Assembly (NCBI RefSeq): GCF_011386835.1
Contig: NC_088802.1
Location: 55,304,001 to 55,368,000 of the forward strand
DNA from: Chrysemys picta bellii
Taxonomy: Eukaryota
DNA: 64,000 bases
Direction of reading: 5' to 3'
A program made the translations under genes and the position numbers. Shown here piece after piece: positions 9,763 through 20,702 of this stretch; within the stretch, counting starts at the first letter, position 1; every line of letters begins with the position of its first letter. Under the pieces are notes generated by a model. That model worked only from the letters and a program-made list of their open reading frames with translations, searched no databases and had not been told where the DNA came from.

Positions 9763-12700
9763 CTAGAATCATGGGGGCAGGGGGGGAGAAGAGTGAGAAC
9801 ACAAGAGACCCCAGACAAATCCACTCACCTCTCAGGAGGAGGGGCAGAGAATGATCACGGCAAAGCTCCCATCTCAAACCAGGCCCCCCAAATATCCGTT
9901 CTTCAGACTGGATTCCAGGAGGCACAGAAAGCAGACCACGACTATGCTGCCACCGGAGCCGGCTTGGAACACAGAGTGCCACTGGCCCAGATTTCCTCTC
10001 TACTCCTCTAATTAGAGCAATGAGAGAGATTTATCTACCCGGGTGTGTAACAAACAGGACAAAGCACGGCACCTCACAAATATTGGGTGTAGACTGGCAG
10101 ACAAGCCAGTATGGTCTCATGAAAAATTGAAGAGTATTTCATTTCCCTAGCTTACTTGGAAACATTCTGCGTGCGTGGCAGCTCGAAGAATGGACGAGCC
10201 AGAGCAGAAAGGGAGGGAGGGAGAGCTGGGCTATTCAGTTTATCTGAACTCTCCTGTACACCAAGAAATCTATTCCAAGCAAAGGCTCTGGCGAGAAGCA
10301 CGCCCTGGAAGCCACACCAGTTCGCTATCCAGCGACAGCTCCTAGCCAGCCTTGCTGGGGGAGAACAGGTGTGGTGTGTGACTTGGTAGCACATATTGTG
10401 TTAGTGCAGCATCCATTGCTTGGCATCCATTGCTATTCTTTTGGAGCACAAAGCAAGGGGGACCCCGCTTCTCGCGCTGGGTGAGCGAGCGGAAAGTCCA
10501 GAGTTGCTGTTCTGATATTTGGCTGTACAAACCTGCTGCTTTGTGATGCTGACAAGGCTGTGCCATCCCCCACGGCCAGCCAGAGCAGACCGGTTTGGGG
10601 CATGTTGTGGAAGGGCGTGGCTGGAGGCAGTATTGTACCATTCAATCCTCAGAAATACCCCTCTGCTAAATCTGGAAATTGCTAAGCAGCGGGGGCTGGC
10701 GGTCAGCAGGCAGCTGTATTCCCGGGGCTGGCTAATGAAGGATTGTTATTCTGAGACAGACTGCAGGCAGAGGGGAGAGTCCCTGCAACACATCATGTCC
10801 ATGCCAGAAGACTTGCACGCCTCGCCAATAAAAAGCTAATAACGGCAGAGGTGGAAACCCGGGGATAGTCAGAAGCATCCGACAGAACAGCACTGACCAC
10901 AGCCGTGGCATATTAGAACAACAGATGTAGATGCAGCCTTAGCGTTCGCCATCTGTTGCACGCAGCGAGGGGAGAAATGCAATGAACTCTCTGGGAACCA
11001 GACGGCTCCTCATTTAGTCTGACAGGGCTGCCCGACCTCTGCAGTTTCCAATCTCAAGGATTTTTAAGCTGAAGGTCAGTCTTCAGCCTCCCTCAGCTGA
11101 CTGCGATTAGGCATTGGGGCCAGATGCTATAGGGGTCTCTCTCCCCCCCCCCCCCCATGTTCAGAGGCCACGGCAATGCTCCAGCCCAAAGGTCTGGGGC
11201 TGAACTCGGTTTCTGGGTTTTCTTGCCTAAATTAAGACCTGTAGCTTCTGTCGAAGCAGGGGAAATTGGTAGTTTGGGTTTTGACCCCTTGGGAAACTAG
11301 ATAATGCTACAGGAATTGCTCCCACATCCAAACACAGAAGGAGCAGGTGCCACCTTCCACGCAGCTCAACTGCACACCCACCTAATGGCTTCCGGAACAT
11401 GGACACACCCCACAGAACAATATGCCACCACTACAAGTGAGCTGTAGCTGATTTTGAAGCCAAAGCAGACAAGCTGCCACTCCCAGAAGGCAAATTAACT
11501 CATTCTCCATTAACTGATAAAGCAGCATTATTGCAGGGTGAAACTGTACCTGTTTGCCTCTAGCTTTACTAGTCTCTTTGGGCAAATTGAAGTCAGTCCC
11601 TAAACCATCTCCATTGGCTTTAGGAAAAGCCCCGTCTCATTTCCACTGCATACATCAAAGTCCTTTCACCTCATGTGCAGGCTTCTGGCTGACCGGCCAT
11701 AGCACCTCAGGGGACAAGCAGTGCCGCCTTTGGTGGGAATGGCTGTTTGTTAACTTCGCCAGCCTCGGAAATTGGCCGACACATTACACGCCCATCCACC
11801 CGCAGTGCGGATGAACCACCTGCAAAATTCCCTCTGACAAATCGTCCACGTTCTTTGCTGCGAGAAGCCACAGTGTAAAACCGCAATGAAGCCTGGGGTG
11901 CAAAAGGGCTGTGTTTAACGTGTGAGGCTGCAGCGACGTTCTAGGCCACTTACAACTCTTGGAGAGAACTCTGGAACCTCCATCTCTGAAGAGAAGAGTT
12001 ACACACACCCTGCTGCCGCCCCATCCCATTGTAACATACGTCGGGTTTTGACTCAGCATATATTCTAGTGCAGGGATAGCGATGACTCACTGGGACTCTT
12101 CTGTTACTCCCTTATTCAAAGCTCACTCTTGACAGATGGAGATTATAAGTGAGATGTAGGGGGGGGGATACAAAACAAAAAAACAGGAATAATTGGACGT
12201 GCGAGCGCATGCAGGCGGCCGGCTGTTGTGCTAAGGGAGCAGCATGCTCTCCGACACGCAGTATCAACCCGAGTTAGCGAACAGAGCACCACAAGGGGGC
12301 AAGAGAACTCTGCTCCGAGATCCCAGCTCTGGGCTGTCCTCCCCCTGCAGAACAGTTCGTAAGAGATGTAGGCAGTGCGTGGAACAGCCGCCTTCCTATT
12401 GAATCCTCTCCTTTGTTAACGATGAGTTGTAAGGTAGCAATCACAACGGCTCACAAAGGGAGCCAGCTCACCATGTTCCATGCTCGCTGCTCCTCCGAAA
12501 CAAACAGAAAACGAGAAGCAGGAATTTTCTTACCTCCCTTCAGGAGGAGGGTGACTGCACCAGGTTCTGGTCTGGTTTTGTGACTCATTAGCAGATCAAA
12601 CAGGGATTTGACCCCCCTCTTTAAGCCTGTGTACTCCATCCCAGTGACTAATGACAGCTCAAGGATTACATGAGCGTACCGGAGAGGTGTGTTCCTCAGC

Positions 12701-13063
12701 TGGGCTGCGCTAGGCAGAGGCACCGGAGATGGGGCTGGCATCTTTAAAGGAAAGCTGGGCCGTGGTGTGCTGCTGCCGTGCCCTCGCCAGTCACCGTCTA
12801 GACAGCAAATCAATCGGCTTCCTCTGGCTGGGTGAGAGCTGGTCTTTGGCAGCCTCTCCAGGAGAGCTATGAAGTGGAGGCCTCCTTCAGTAGCCCAGAA
12901 AAGCAGCACCCACAGGGCCCTGCAGATAAACGGCATCTGCCCTGCCATCCCGTAGATCTTTGGGCAAAACACCTGCCTCCCAGGGCACAATCTGCAAGGA
13001 GTGGCTGAAAACTAAAAGCATCACCACCTCACAGAGATGAGATTGTGGCTTACACAGCCCAGG

Positions 13064-13090
13064 AAAAAAAAAAAAAAAAAAAAAAAAAAA
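13064..13090. repeat. Poly(A) tract, about 27 nt
   Basis: Direct reading. Confidence 0.9.
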
Positions 13091-13388
13091 GACACATACA
13101 GGCACACGTGCAGTACCCTGATCAGCGTGCATTCCTGTCCCGTCTGCCCGAACCACAGGGGACTTGTCTGTCATTAGCATAAACTGTAGAGATTCACCCA
13201 GTCTGTTTGAAGGTCCCTGGTTCCAACCCAGCACCAGTCAAAGGGCAGCCATCACAGAGCACCCAACCAAAACCATTTGACAGCCCTCGTGTGATCACTG
13301 CCCATACTGATGGGAGCACTTGGACCTCTTTGGAGGGTCTCCTATCCAGAGGCGGCTTCACAGGCTGATTAACATGGTGGTTGCTCAC

Positions 13389-13541
13389 CTTGGCGTGGTA
13401 GGAGATGGTGTTCTTAGCCACAGCACACTGCTTCTCTACCAGGAAGCAGAACCGTCTCCTCTCCTCTGTGAGCGCTGTCTTATAGCCATCAGAGACGTGG
13501 TTTTCTAGCTCACCTTGTTTGTTGCTGATCGCATCGATGTA
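13389..13541 (-). CDS. BAIAP2: Exon 7 (153 nt): YIDAISNKQGELENHVSDGYKTALTEERRRFCFLVEKQCAVAKNTISYHAK
   Basis: tctttccctag acceptor and gtgagc donor; I-BAR EERRRFCFLV motif. Confidence 0.97.
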
Positions 13542-13577
13542 CTAGGGAAAGAAGACAAGCGAGCAGGTTATTGGAAG

Positions 13578-13832
13578 CAGGGGCGGCTCTATGTATTTTG
13601 CCCCCCCAAGCATGGCAGTCAGGCGGCTTTTGGCGGCACGCCTGCAGGAGGTCTGCCGGTCCCGCGCCTTCGGCATACTCGCCGCTGAATTGCTGCCGAA
13701 GCAGCGGGCCCTCCCACAGGCATACCGCCAAAGGCAGCCTGACTCCCGCCCTCACGGCGACTGGCAGGCCACCCCCCGCGGCTTGCCGCCCCAGGCACGC
13801 GCTTGGTACGCTGGTGCCTGGAGCCGCCCCTG
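13578..13832. mobile_element. GC-rich hAT MITE, 255 bp
   Basis: TIRs CAGGGGCGGCTC/GAGCCGCCCCTG; perfect 8-bp TSD ATTGGAAG (13570-13577, 13833-13840). Confidence 0.92.
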
Positions 13833-14125
13833 ATTGGAAGGGGCACGTGGTTAATCTCTGCACACCCAGCACTGCGTGATTACCTGCGCCTCAATGGACG
13901 TTTGAAAAATGTCACCTGCAAACCCACAACAAGACAGAAGTTCTTTTGGGTACAAATCCTGTGCATTGCCATGCCTGGATATTTGCTCCAAGAAATAAAT
14001 GCAGCATTAACCTGTACGTCTCTTCGCTTCTCCCACTAGAGAGAACATTATTGAAATACTCCACACACAACTCTTACAATTTTGTTTGGATTTAAAATTT
14101 GCCTGCAAGCACAGAACATTTATAT

Positions 14126-14222
14126 GCATGCACACACACACACACACACACACGTGGGGGTGGGGGTGTGTGCGCACGTGGGGCGTTTGTGTGCACATCC
14201 ACGTGTGTGCGTGCGCACGCAT
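14126..14222. repeat. (CA)n microsatellite followed by GGGGGT and alternating purine-pyrimidine tracts
   Basis: Direct reading. Confidence 0.85.
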
Positions 14223-15789
14223 CCCTCCCAACCATCCTTTACTCATCCGAACTCCCCCACACAAAGTTACTGACTCAGAACGTGGGCTTCGAAAGTCGTG
14301 TGGGTGGCTGGGGGGACGGCAGAGCCGAACTGCCTTGCAGCTGCCCTCTCAAACACCCACACCTGGGTAGAGCTAATGCTCTCAGACCGTACACACTGCC
14401 TCTGCTGCTTAAACCCTGCTGGCTTTATGCTGATCGGAATCATGACACTTCCATTTGCAACAGCATCCGAGAGCGCTCTCCTTCCAAGCAAACCATGGGC
14501 AGTATTGTTATCACACACACACACACCCTCAGAGTGATCAACACAAGAAGCTACAGAAGAGAGACCGGGGAGAGGCTGGTGAGCAAGACAAGAGCTGTTC
14601 CCTTCCCCTTATGCCTCACCTGCCCCCTCCCCAAATCCCTCTTGTGCTCACCGCAGCCCCAGAGGCAGGAATCTGGCATCCCCTTTCTCTGGGGCCGATC
14701 TAGAAAATGCATTGAAAAACTAAATGAAACCCATGAGCACAAAATCATTTCTGGCCACCTCTTTCTCCAGCAATGTCCAAGCGCAGACTCCATAATCTGC
14801 CCTGAACGGCTCCCGTAACGCATGCTGCCTGGCCAGCCGATCTGTCACTAGATAGACTACTGGCAAGAGCTCACTGAACTCTACTGCCCCGTACCTCAGA
14901 AGATCAGCAGTAGGGCAGCTGAGTCAGTAGGCCTTGCGCAGGGTTCCCTATGGAAAGACAGATGCCAATACTCACCCCTCTATTCGCATTTGCATCAAAC
15001 ACACACACAAACCTTCAGCAAATCAGACTATTCTGCAATCATCCCATTTTGCTTTTGCTACTTAGCCCTCAGGTCCGTAGCTTCTGCACGTGAACTGCAC
15101 GCAAGCGACACAAAAATCAGCCAGGCCCACTCTGGCCCAGCACCACGTATAGCTCGGTCTTTCACCTTCACCAGTTCCTCTCTAACTGGGTGAGTTTTGT
15201 GCTGGGGGAAGAAGCCACCAAGACAATAGCAACCTCCACCTGCCCAAAACATCCGTGGGCTCAGCAAGGGCAACTGAAGCTTCCTGATCAAAACAAGCGG
15301 GATGACCTCTGGGACCCGAGAAGAGTTGCACAAGCCACGCCCACGGATGGCTTCCATCCCCAGCAAGCCCAACGGGGGTGCTTCTTAGTAACAATTGTTA
15401 TGGAGGATTCTGAGACAGACGCCTCAGTCGGTTACCAGCTGGGCTCAGGCCACAAATTCTCTTTCCACAGGACCCCAAGCAGTGTGACCATCTGTCAATT
15501 CGGGCTGAATTCAAAAAACAGACCAGCTAGACTGGAGAGGTTCTGAATTCCTTCACCTTCTCCTCAGCAGCTACCAACACATTTATGAACCTGCTATTCG
15601 CTTCTCAGGCCGTTTGTGCCAATGCCCCGTTTCAGGATTCCTTTGTCCTTCAGAATGCTTCTCTACACTTCAAGCGATAGAGCATCAGCCTTACAAAGCA
15701 TTGCGCCACATCTACGCGTCCTCAGCCTCGTATCTTTCAAATCACATCCAAGAGAAACACTTCTCCCCTTCTGAAGAGCACTTGTAGCT

Positions 15790-16345
15790 TGAGAGAGAAG
15801 GTGGGGGAGGTAATCTCTTTTCTGGGGCCCACTGCTGCTGGTGAGAGAGAGACAGACAAGCTTTTGAGCTTTGCACAGAGCTCTTCTTCGGGTCTGGGAA
15901 AGGTACTCAGGCCTGGTCTACACTAGGAAAATCCACACCCCTGAGTAACGCAGTTAAACCGACCTAATCCCTGGTGTAGACAGTGCTAGGGCAATGGGAC
16001 AATTCTCCCGTCCATCTAGCTACCACCTCTCAGGGAGGTGGATACTTATGCCAACCAGAGAACCAATCCCATCAGTATAGGTAACAGGGCAGCTGCGCCA
16101 CTGAAGCATTAAATGTACACAAGCCCTCAGGGTGTCCCAGCTAAATCCAAGAGGGAACAGATTAATTAGCATAAGTAGTTAACACATTGCAAGGGGCCAC
16201 TCAAGGTGAGTGGCCAGTGAACACCCAGACCTGAAGAAGAACTCTGGGTAAGTTCTGGTCTCTCTCCCCAACTGAAGTGATATTATCATCCGCACCTTGT
16301 CTCTCCACTATGCTGGGACTGACATGGCTATAACACCACTGCATA
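15790..16345. mobile_element. Penelope-like element with inverted pseudo-LTR arms, each with a decayed hammerhead motif, split by a Harbinger MITE
   Basis: 15790-15897 is the inverted counterpart of 16225-16305; C(U/C)GAAGA-helix II motifs are present in both arms. Confidence 0.7.
15910..16126. mobile_element. PIF/Harbinger MITE
   Basis: TIRs GGCCTGGTCTACAC / GTACACAAGCCC; 3-bp TSD TCA on both sides. Confidence 0.85.
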
Positions 16346-16360
16346 CTTGTAACTTTGAGC

Positions 16361-16902
16361 GACATAAGAACGGCCAGACTGGGTCAGACCAAAGGTCCAT
16401 CTAGCCCAGTGTCCTGTCCTCTGACAGTGGCCAATGCCAGGTACCCCAGAGAGAATGAACAGCACAGGGAATCAAGTGATCCATCCCGTCGCCCATTCCC
16501 TGCTCCTGGTGAACAGAGGCTAGACACCCTCCCTGCCCATCCTGGCTAACAGCCATTGATGGACCGATTCTCCATGAACTGGGCTGGTTCTTTTTTGAAC
16601 CCTGTTATACTCTTGGCCTTCACAATATCCTCTGGCAAGGAGTTCCACAGGTTAACTGTGCACTGTGTGAAAAATACTTCCTTTTGTTTTAAGCCTGCTG
16701 CCTATTCATTTCATTTGGTGACTTAGTTCTTATGTTATGAGAAGGAGTAAATAACACTTCCTTATTTACTTTCTCCAGACCTGTCATGATTTTATAGACC
16801 TCTGTCATATCCTCCCTCAGTCGTCTCTTTTCCAAGCTGAAGTCCCCGTCTTATTACTCTCTCCTCATACGGAAGTCATTCCATACCCCTCATCATTTTT
16901 GT
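16361..16902 (-). mobile_element. CR1 LINE 3' end
   Basis: CR1 ORF2 C-terminus (VNLWNSLPED-type) and a 3' UTR ending TTCTTATGT; reverse complement of 57934-58287. Confidence 0.88.
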
Positions 16903-17164
16903 GAAATAAATGTTCCATGTAAAGGGAGGGTTCAATACTACATATGCTCCATTTCCGCCTTGCAGGGAAGGCGATCTCCGACTTGTCATGACCAGCTTTA
17001 CAGTCTAGCCCAAATTAAATGAGGTTGTGGACAAAGTTCCCCTGGAAGAGAACCAAATATGGAATTTTTCCACCCCCCCCACCATTTTCTGCCTCTTTCT
17101 CACTGAATATGGAGCAAGTCACAGTAGTTTTAGGTATCTGCTCTCAGAACAAAAATGGGATGAA

Positions 17165-17296
17165 ATGCAGGGGAAATAAAAAACAGACACCAAGATTAAG
17201 TGACTTGCCCAAATCCACAGAGCAAGCCCATGTCAGAGCTGGGATTAGCATTCGGAAATCCTGGCTCTCAGTCCTGTGTTCTGATCATGCCTCCTC
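17165..17296 (-). mobile_element. MIR/CORE-type SINE fragment
   Basis: ATTAAGTGACTTGCCCAAATCCACAGAGC...CAGAGCTGGGATT resembles the MIR core. Confidence 0.6.
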
Positions 17297-17624
17297 AAGA
17301 CCAAATCCTTGGGGAATCCTGCTTTTTGCACACAGGAGAGTCTTCTGGCTAGTTTGACCTGGATCTCCCCCACAGGCACCAAGCAGACAGCAGTGAAAAG
17401 GAAGGAAAAAAACCAAACCTGTTCTGCACCCAGAAACTGCATTAAAAAAACACCACACACTTCAAAAACAATTCCCAGTCTTCCCCACTACTCTAGCCAG
17501 CCCGTGTGTTTTGAAACCTACATAACAGTGTTCTGTGCACACTATGAAACAAGCTCACCCAATGCGTTTGCAGAATGCAGCAGGTAGGCTCCAATTGATC
17601 GGAAAAGGCTGTCAGCATCATATG

Positions 17625-17744
17625 GTGTCAAGTATCAGAGGGGTAGCCGTGTTAGTCTGAATCTGTAAAAAGCAACAGAGGGTCCTGTGGCACCTTTAAG
17701 GCTGTTAGTCTTAAAGGTGCCACAGGGACCCTCTGTTGCCTTTT
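17625..17744 (+). mobile_element. Short Penelope-like fold-back insertion
   Basis: GTAGCCGTGTTAGTCTG head, 34/35-bp inverted arms, 11-bp flanking duplication AGCATCATATG. Confidence 0.75.
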
Positions 17745-18305
17745 AGCATCATATGAGTGGATAAAGGGAGGGGAAAAAAGGAAGCATCTTACCATTGTAT
17801 TGGCTTAGTGCAGGAGGTGTTTCATGGGGCATGCCAGAAGATCAAACACCCACTATTTGTTCTCCCCATGAATGGGCTCAGAGGGCAACCTCCAAGACAC
17901 AATCTCAAGTCTTTGTGAATGATTGCGGTGCTTCACAAACCCTGCAGGGGCTGCCTGGGCATCAGGGGAGGAATTTAGGGAGAGAAGGGGCACAGAAACC
18001 CTCTGTAATAGAGTAACGTCCCACTACCTCAAAAAACACTACGGACTGACAACTCAGGAAAGTGTTTCTGGGTTTCTAGGTTGATAGAGAGCCTTCAAAT
18101 AACTTTCCCCTCATTCCGGTATAGGCACCAGCTAAAATATGCACAAGGAACAAAGATGACCTAATTAGCAATGTGAGCACTTCATCGCTGCACCAAGGGA
18201 GCAAAGAATATTAGATGGGAGAGGAATTCTGTTTTAAAATAGCTTTCACTTAAGGCCTGGAGTCATGGAGACCAGAACTTGTGTTGAAGGAAGCTGCAGC
18301 TTTGC

Positions 18306-18429
18306 TAGGGTGACCAGATGTCCTGATTTCATAGGGACAGTCCCAATATTTGGGGTTTTGTCTTATATAGGCACCTATTATCCCCCAACCCCCACCCCGA
18401 TTTTTCATACTTGCTGTCTGGTCACCCTG
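18306..18429. mobile_element. hAT (Tip100-like) MITE, 124 bp
   Basis: TIRs TAGGGTGACCAGA/TCTGGTCACCCTG; perfect 8-bp TSD AGCTTTGC. Confidence 0.9.
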
Positions 18430-19199
18430 AGCTTTGCTCCCAGGGTGAGGGAGGGAAGGGAAATAAGGAAGAGTAAAACCTTGCAAGTCACAAAAACTGG
18501 ACAGCCTCACAAGACACAGAATTATCCCTGAAAATTGGTGACTAATCCCAATTAGCCTAGGAGCTCTCTCCACTTAAAGCACTGCAAACTGCCTCCATTG
18601 TTCTCCAGGTGGGGGAGGGAGGCACTCACAGCCAAGCCAGCAAGGTGAAAGCCATCATCTATGCAGAGAGCACAGGAGGCTGCCCTAAAAAGGAGGCACT
18701 GCCCACGTGAATCATTCCCGGAACAGCAGCCATTCTTCCAGCCTACAGCTTTAACTCTTGGGCTGCTGGAATCTGTTACAAGACAACACCTGTAAGAGAT
18801 TCTGCTAGAAACACAAGCAAAGTCTGTTTAGCAAATCAAGAGAAGTACCCTCAGTAGAGCTTACTGAATATTTATAACAAACAATTAACTCTTGTGTGGT
18901 GCTCTGAGTTGACGGACCAGGTTTTCCCCTCCCTGTAAGCAGCTCATACCTAGGAGGAATAAGGACAAATATATCCTGGTGGGAGATTATGTAACAGAGG
19001 AAGAAAAAAAACACAGCGGTGCAGGCTGGAAGCAACCATCATCACTAACACAAGACGACTGGAGATTGCAAGATTTTAGACCAATAAATTCATCCCAGAT
19101 GCTGGCACAAAAGTTAACAAATTAAGGCTAGAGGTATATAAAAATATAAATGTTAAGAAGGATCAAAAAAATCCTTGAGACAAACACTAATTCCGAGCA

Positions 19200-20260
19200 G
19201 AGAGTGATCAATTTATAGTCAGTGCAGGCAAAATAGCAGATGTCATATTTGGATTTCACTAAAGCATTCAATCATCATGTATTGTTACTGCGTAAATTAA
19301 TTCAAATGATGTTGGATAGAAACAATTCCATGAAAAACTAGCTAAGAGTGAAAACCAAGGGCAACGCTAATCAGCAATGTATTGAGTTGTACTGCAGGAA
19401 TCCACATCAGGGTCCCTCTTTAATAAATGACTGAAAGGAGAGAGTGTGAACCACGTTAATGAAATCTCCCAGGGATGGAAGTTGGGAGGAGTTGCAAACG
19501 CCCATGAGGACTAAAGGGGACCTGGCAAACAAAACAATTTGGCTTGGAAAAAAAAAATCACAAGCTAAGGGCTAGTCTACACTAGCAGCTCTTTAACGTG
19601 GCTCGTGTAGTCACGGCAGAGCGCTGGGAGATCGTGCTCTAAAAACCCACCTCCACAAGAGGCATAGCTCCCAGCACTGGGGCACTGTTTACATTGGCGC
19701 TTTACAGCCCTGAAACTTGCTGTGCTCCAGGGGGATGTTTTTTCACACCCCAGAGAGAGAAAGTTGCGGCGCTGTACGTTGCCAGTGTAGACAAGCCCGG
19801 ATACATCTTGGGGAAAACAACCACCACTCCTCAGCAGAGGGAAGCCAGTAACACCGCAGGAGACTGCTAGACTGACGGGTTTACAATGGGCTGTGGCAGC
19901 AGAAATGGCTAATGCAATTCTGGGCTGCATACACAAATGCATCCCATCATGAGTAGGGAGGGAACAGTCAATCTATAGCTCTGGTGGGAACATACCCGGA
20001 ACACTCGTTTTTTGGAAACAGACTCTAAAGACCAAGCAGGGAGATCGGAGTGATAGATGAAGGAATTGGAAGGATTCAGAGAGCTAAGGGACTACCATGA
20101 TGTGAGAACATGGAAACCACCTACGAGGTTTTGAAAAGCGTGAGCTCCAAAAGCAGAGGATTTATTTAAAGGTGGCACAAAGGGGAATAATTAGAAGTAA
20201 TGAGATAAAAATTCAGAAACTGAAAAGCAAGGCTGATTACCAGGGAAAGCTTCCTGTTAG
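19200..20260 (+). mobile_element. Old, highly decayed CR1 RT region, interrupted by a MITE
   Basis: GATGTCATATTTGGATTTCACTAAAGCATT resembles the DVIYLDFSKAF RT motif; downstream GCTAATGCAATTCTGGGCTGCAT is typical CR1 ORF2. Confidence 0.55.
19569..19798. mobile_element. PIF/Harbinger MITE
   Basis: TIRs GGGCTAGTCTACACT / AGTGTAGACAAGCCC; TAA on the left flank. Confidence 0.85.
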
Positions 20261-20271
20261 TGAGACCCATC

Positions 20272-20702
20272 AGCCTCCTAATCATTTTTGTTGCCCTTCA
20301 CTGGACTCTCTCCAATTTGTCCACATTCTTTCTGTAGTGGGGGACCCCAAACTAGACACAGAACTCCAGATGAGGCCTCACCAATGCTGAATAGAGGGGA
20401 ATGATCATGTCCCTTGATCTGCTAGCAGTGCTCCTACTAATACACCCCAAAATGCCGTTAGCCTTCTTGGCAACAAGGGCACACTGACTCAGATCCAGCT
20501 TCTTGTCCACTAACTCCTAGGTCCTTTTCTGCAGAACTGCTGCCTAGCCACTTGGTCCCTAGTCTGTAGCAGTGCATGGGATTCTTCCGTCACAAGTGCA
20601 GGACTCTGATGAGGTTCAACAAGAACAAGTGCAGATTTCTTTTGGCCCAATCCTCTAATTTGTCTAGGTCCCCTCTGTATCCTATCCCTACCCTCCAGTA
20701 TA
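20272..20702 (-). mobile_element. CR1 ORF2 fragment
   Basis: Reverse complement AGCATTGGTGAGGCCTCATCTGGAG (RPHLEY-type); ORF track shows RGDLDKLEDWAKRN. Confidence 0.85.

Noticed and set aside
9829-9907. 79-nt pseudo-exon with a strong GAG|gtgagt donor; 79+11 nt would restore frame with the microexon
   Set aside because: The combined frame contains a TGA, and the downstream intron would be only 66 nt.
12451-12990. 179-aa minus-strand ORF with nearby splice-like sites
   Set aside because: No homology recognised; the acceptors in phase with exon 7 run into stops.
14099-14818. 239-aa plus-strand ORF
   Set aside because: Built on CA microsatellites and low-complexity sequence; antisense and intronic.
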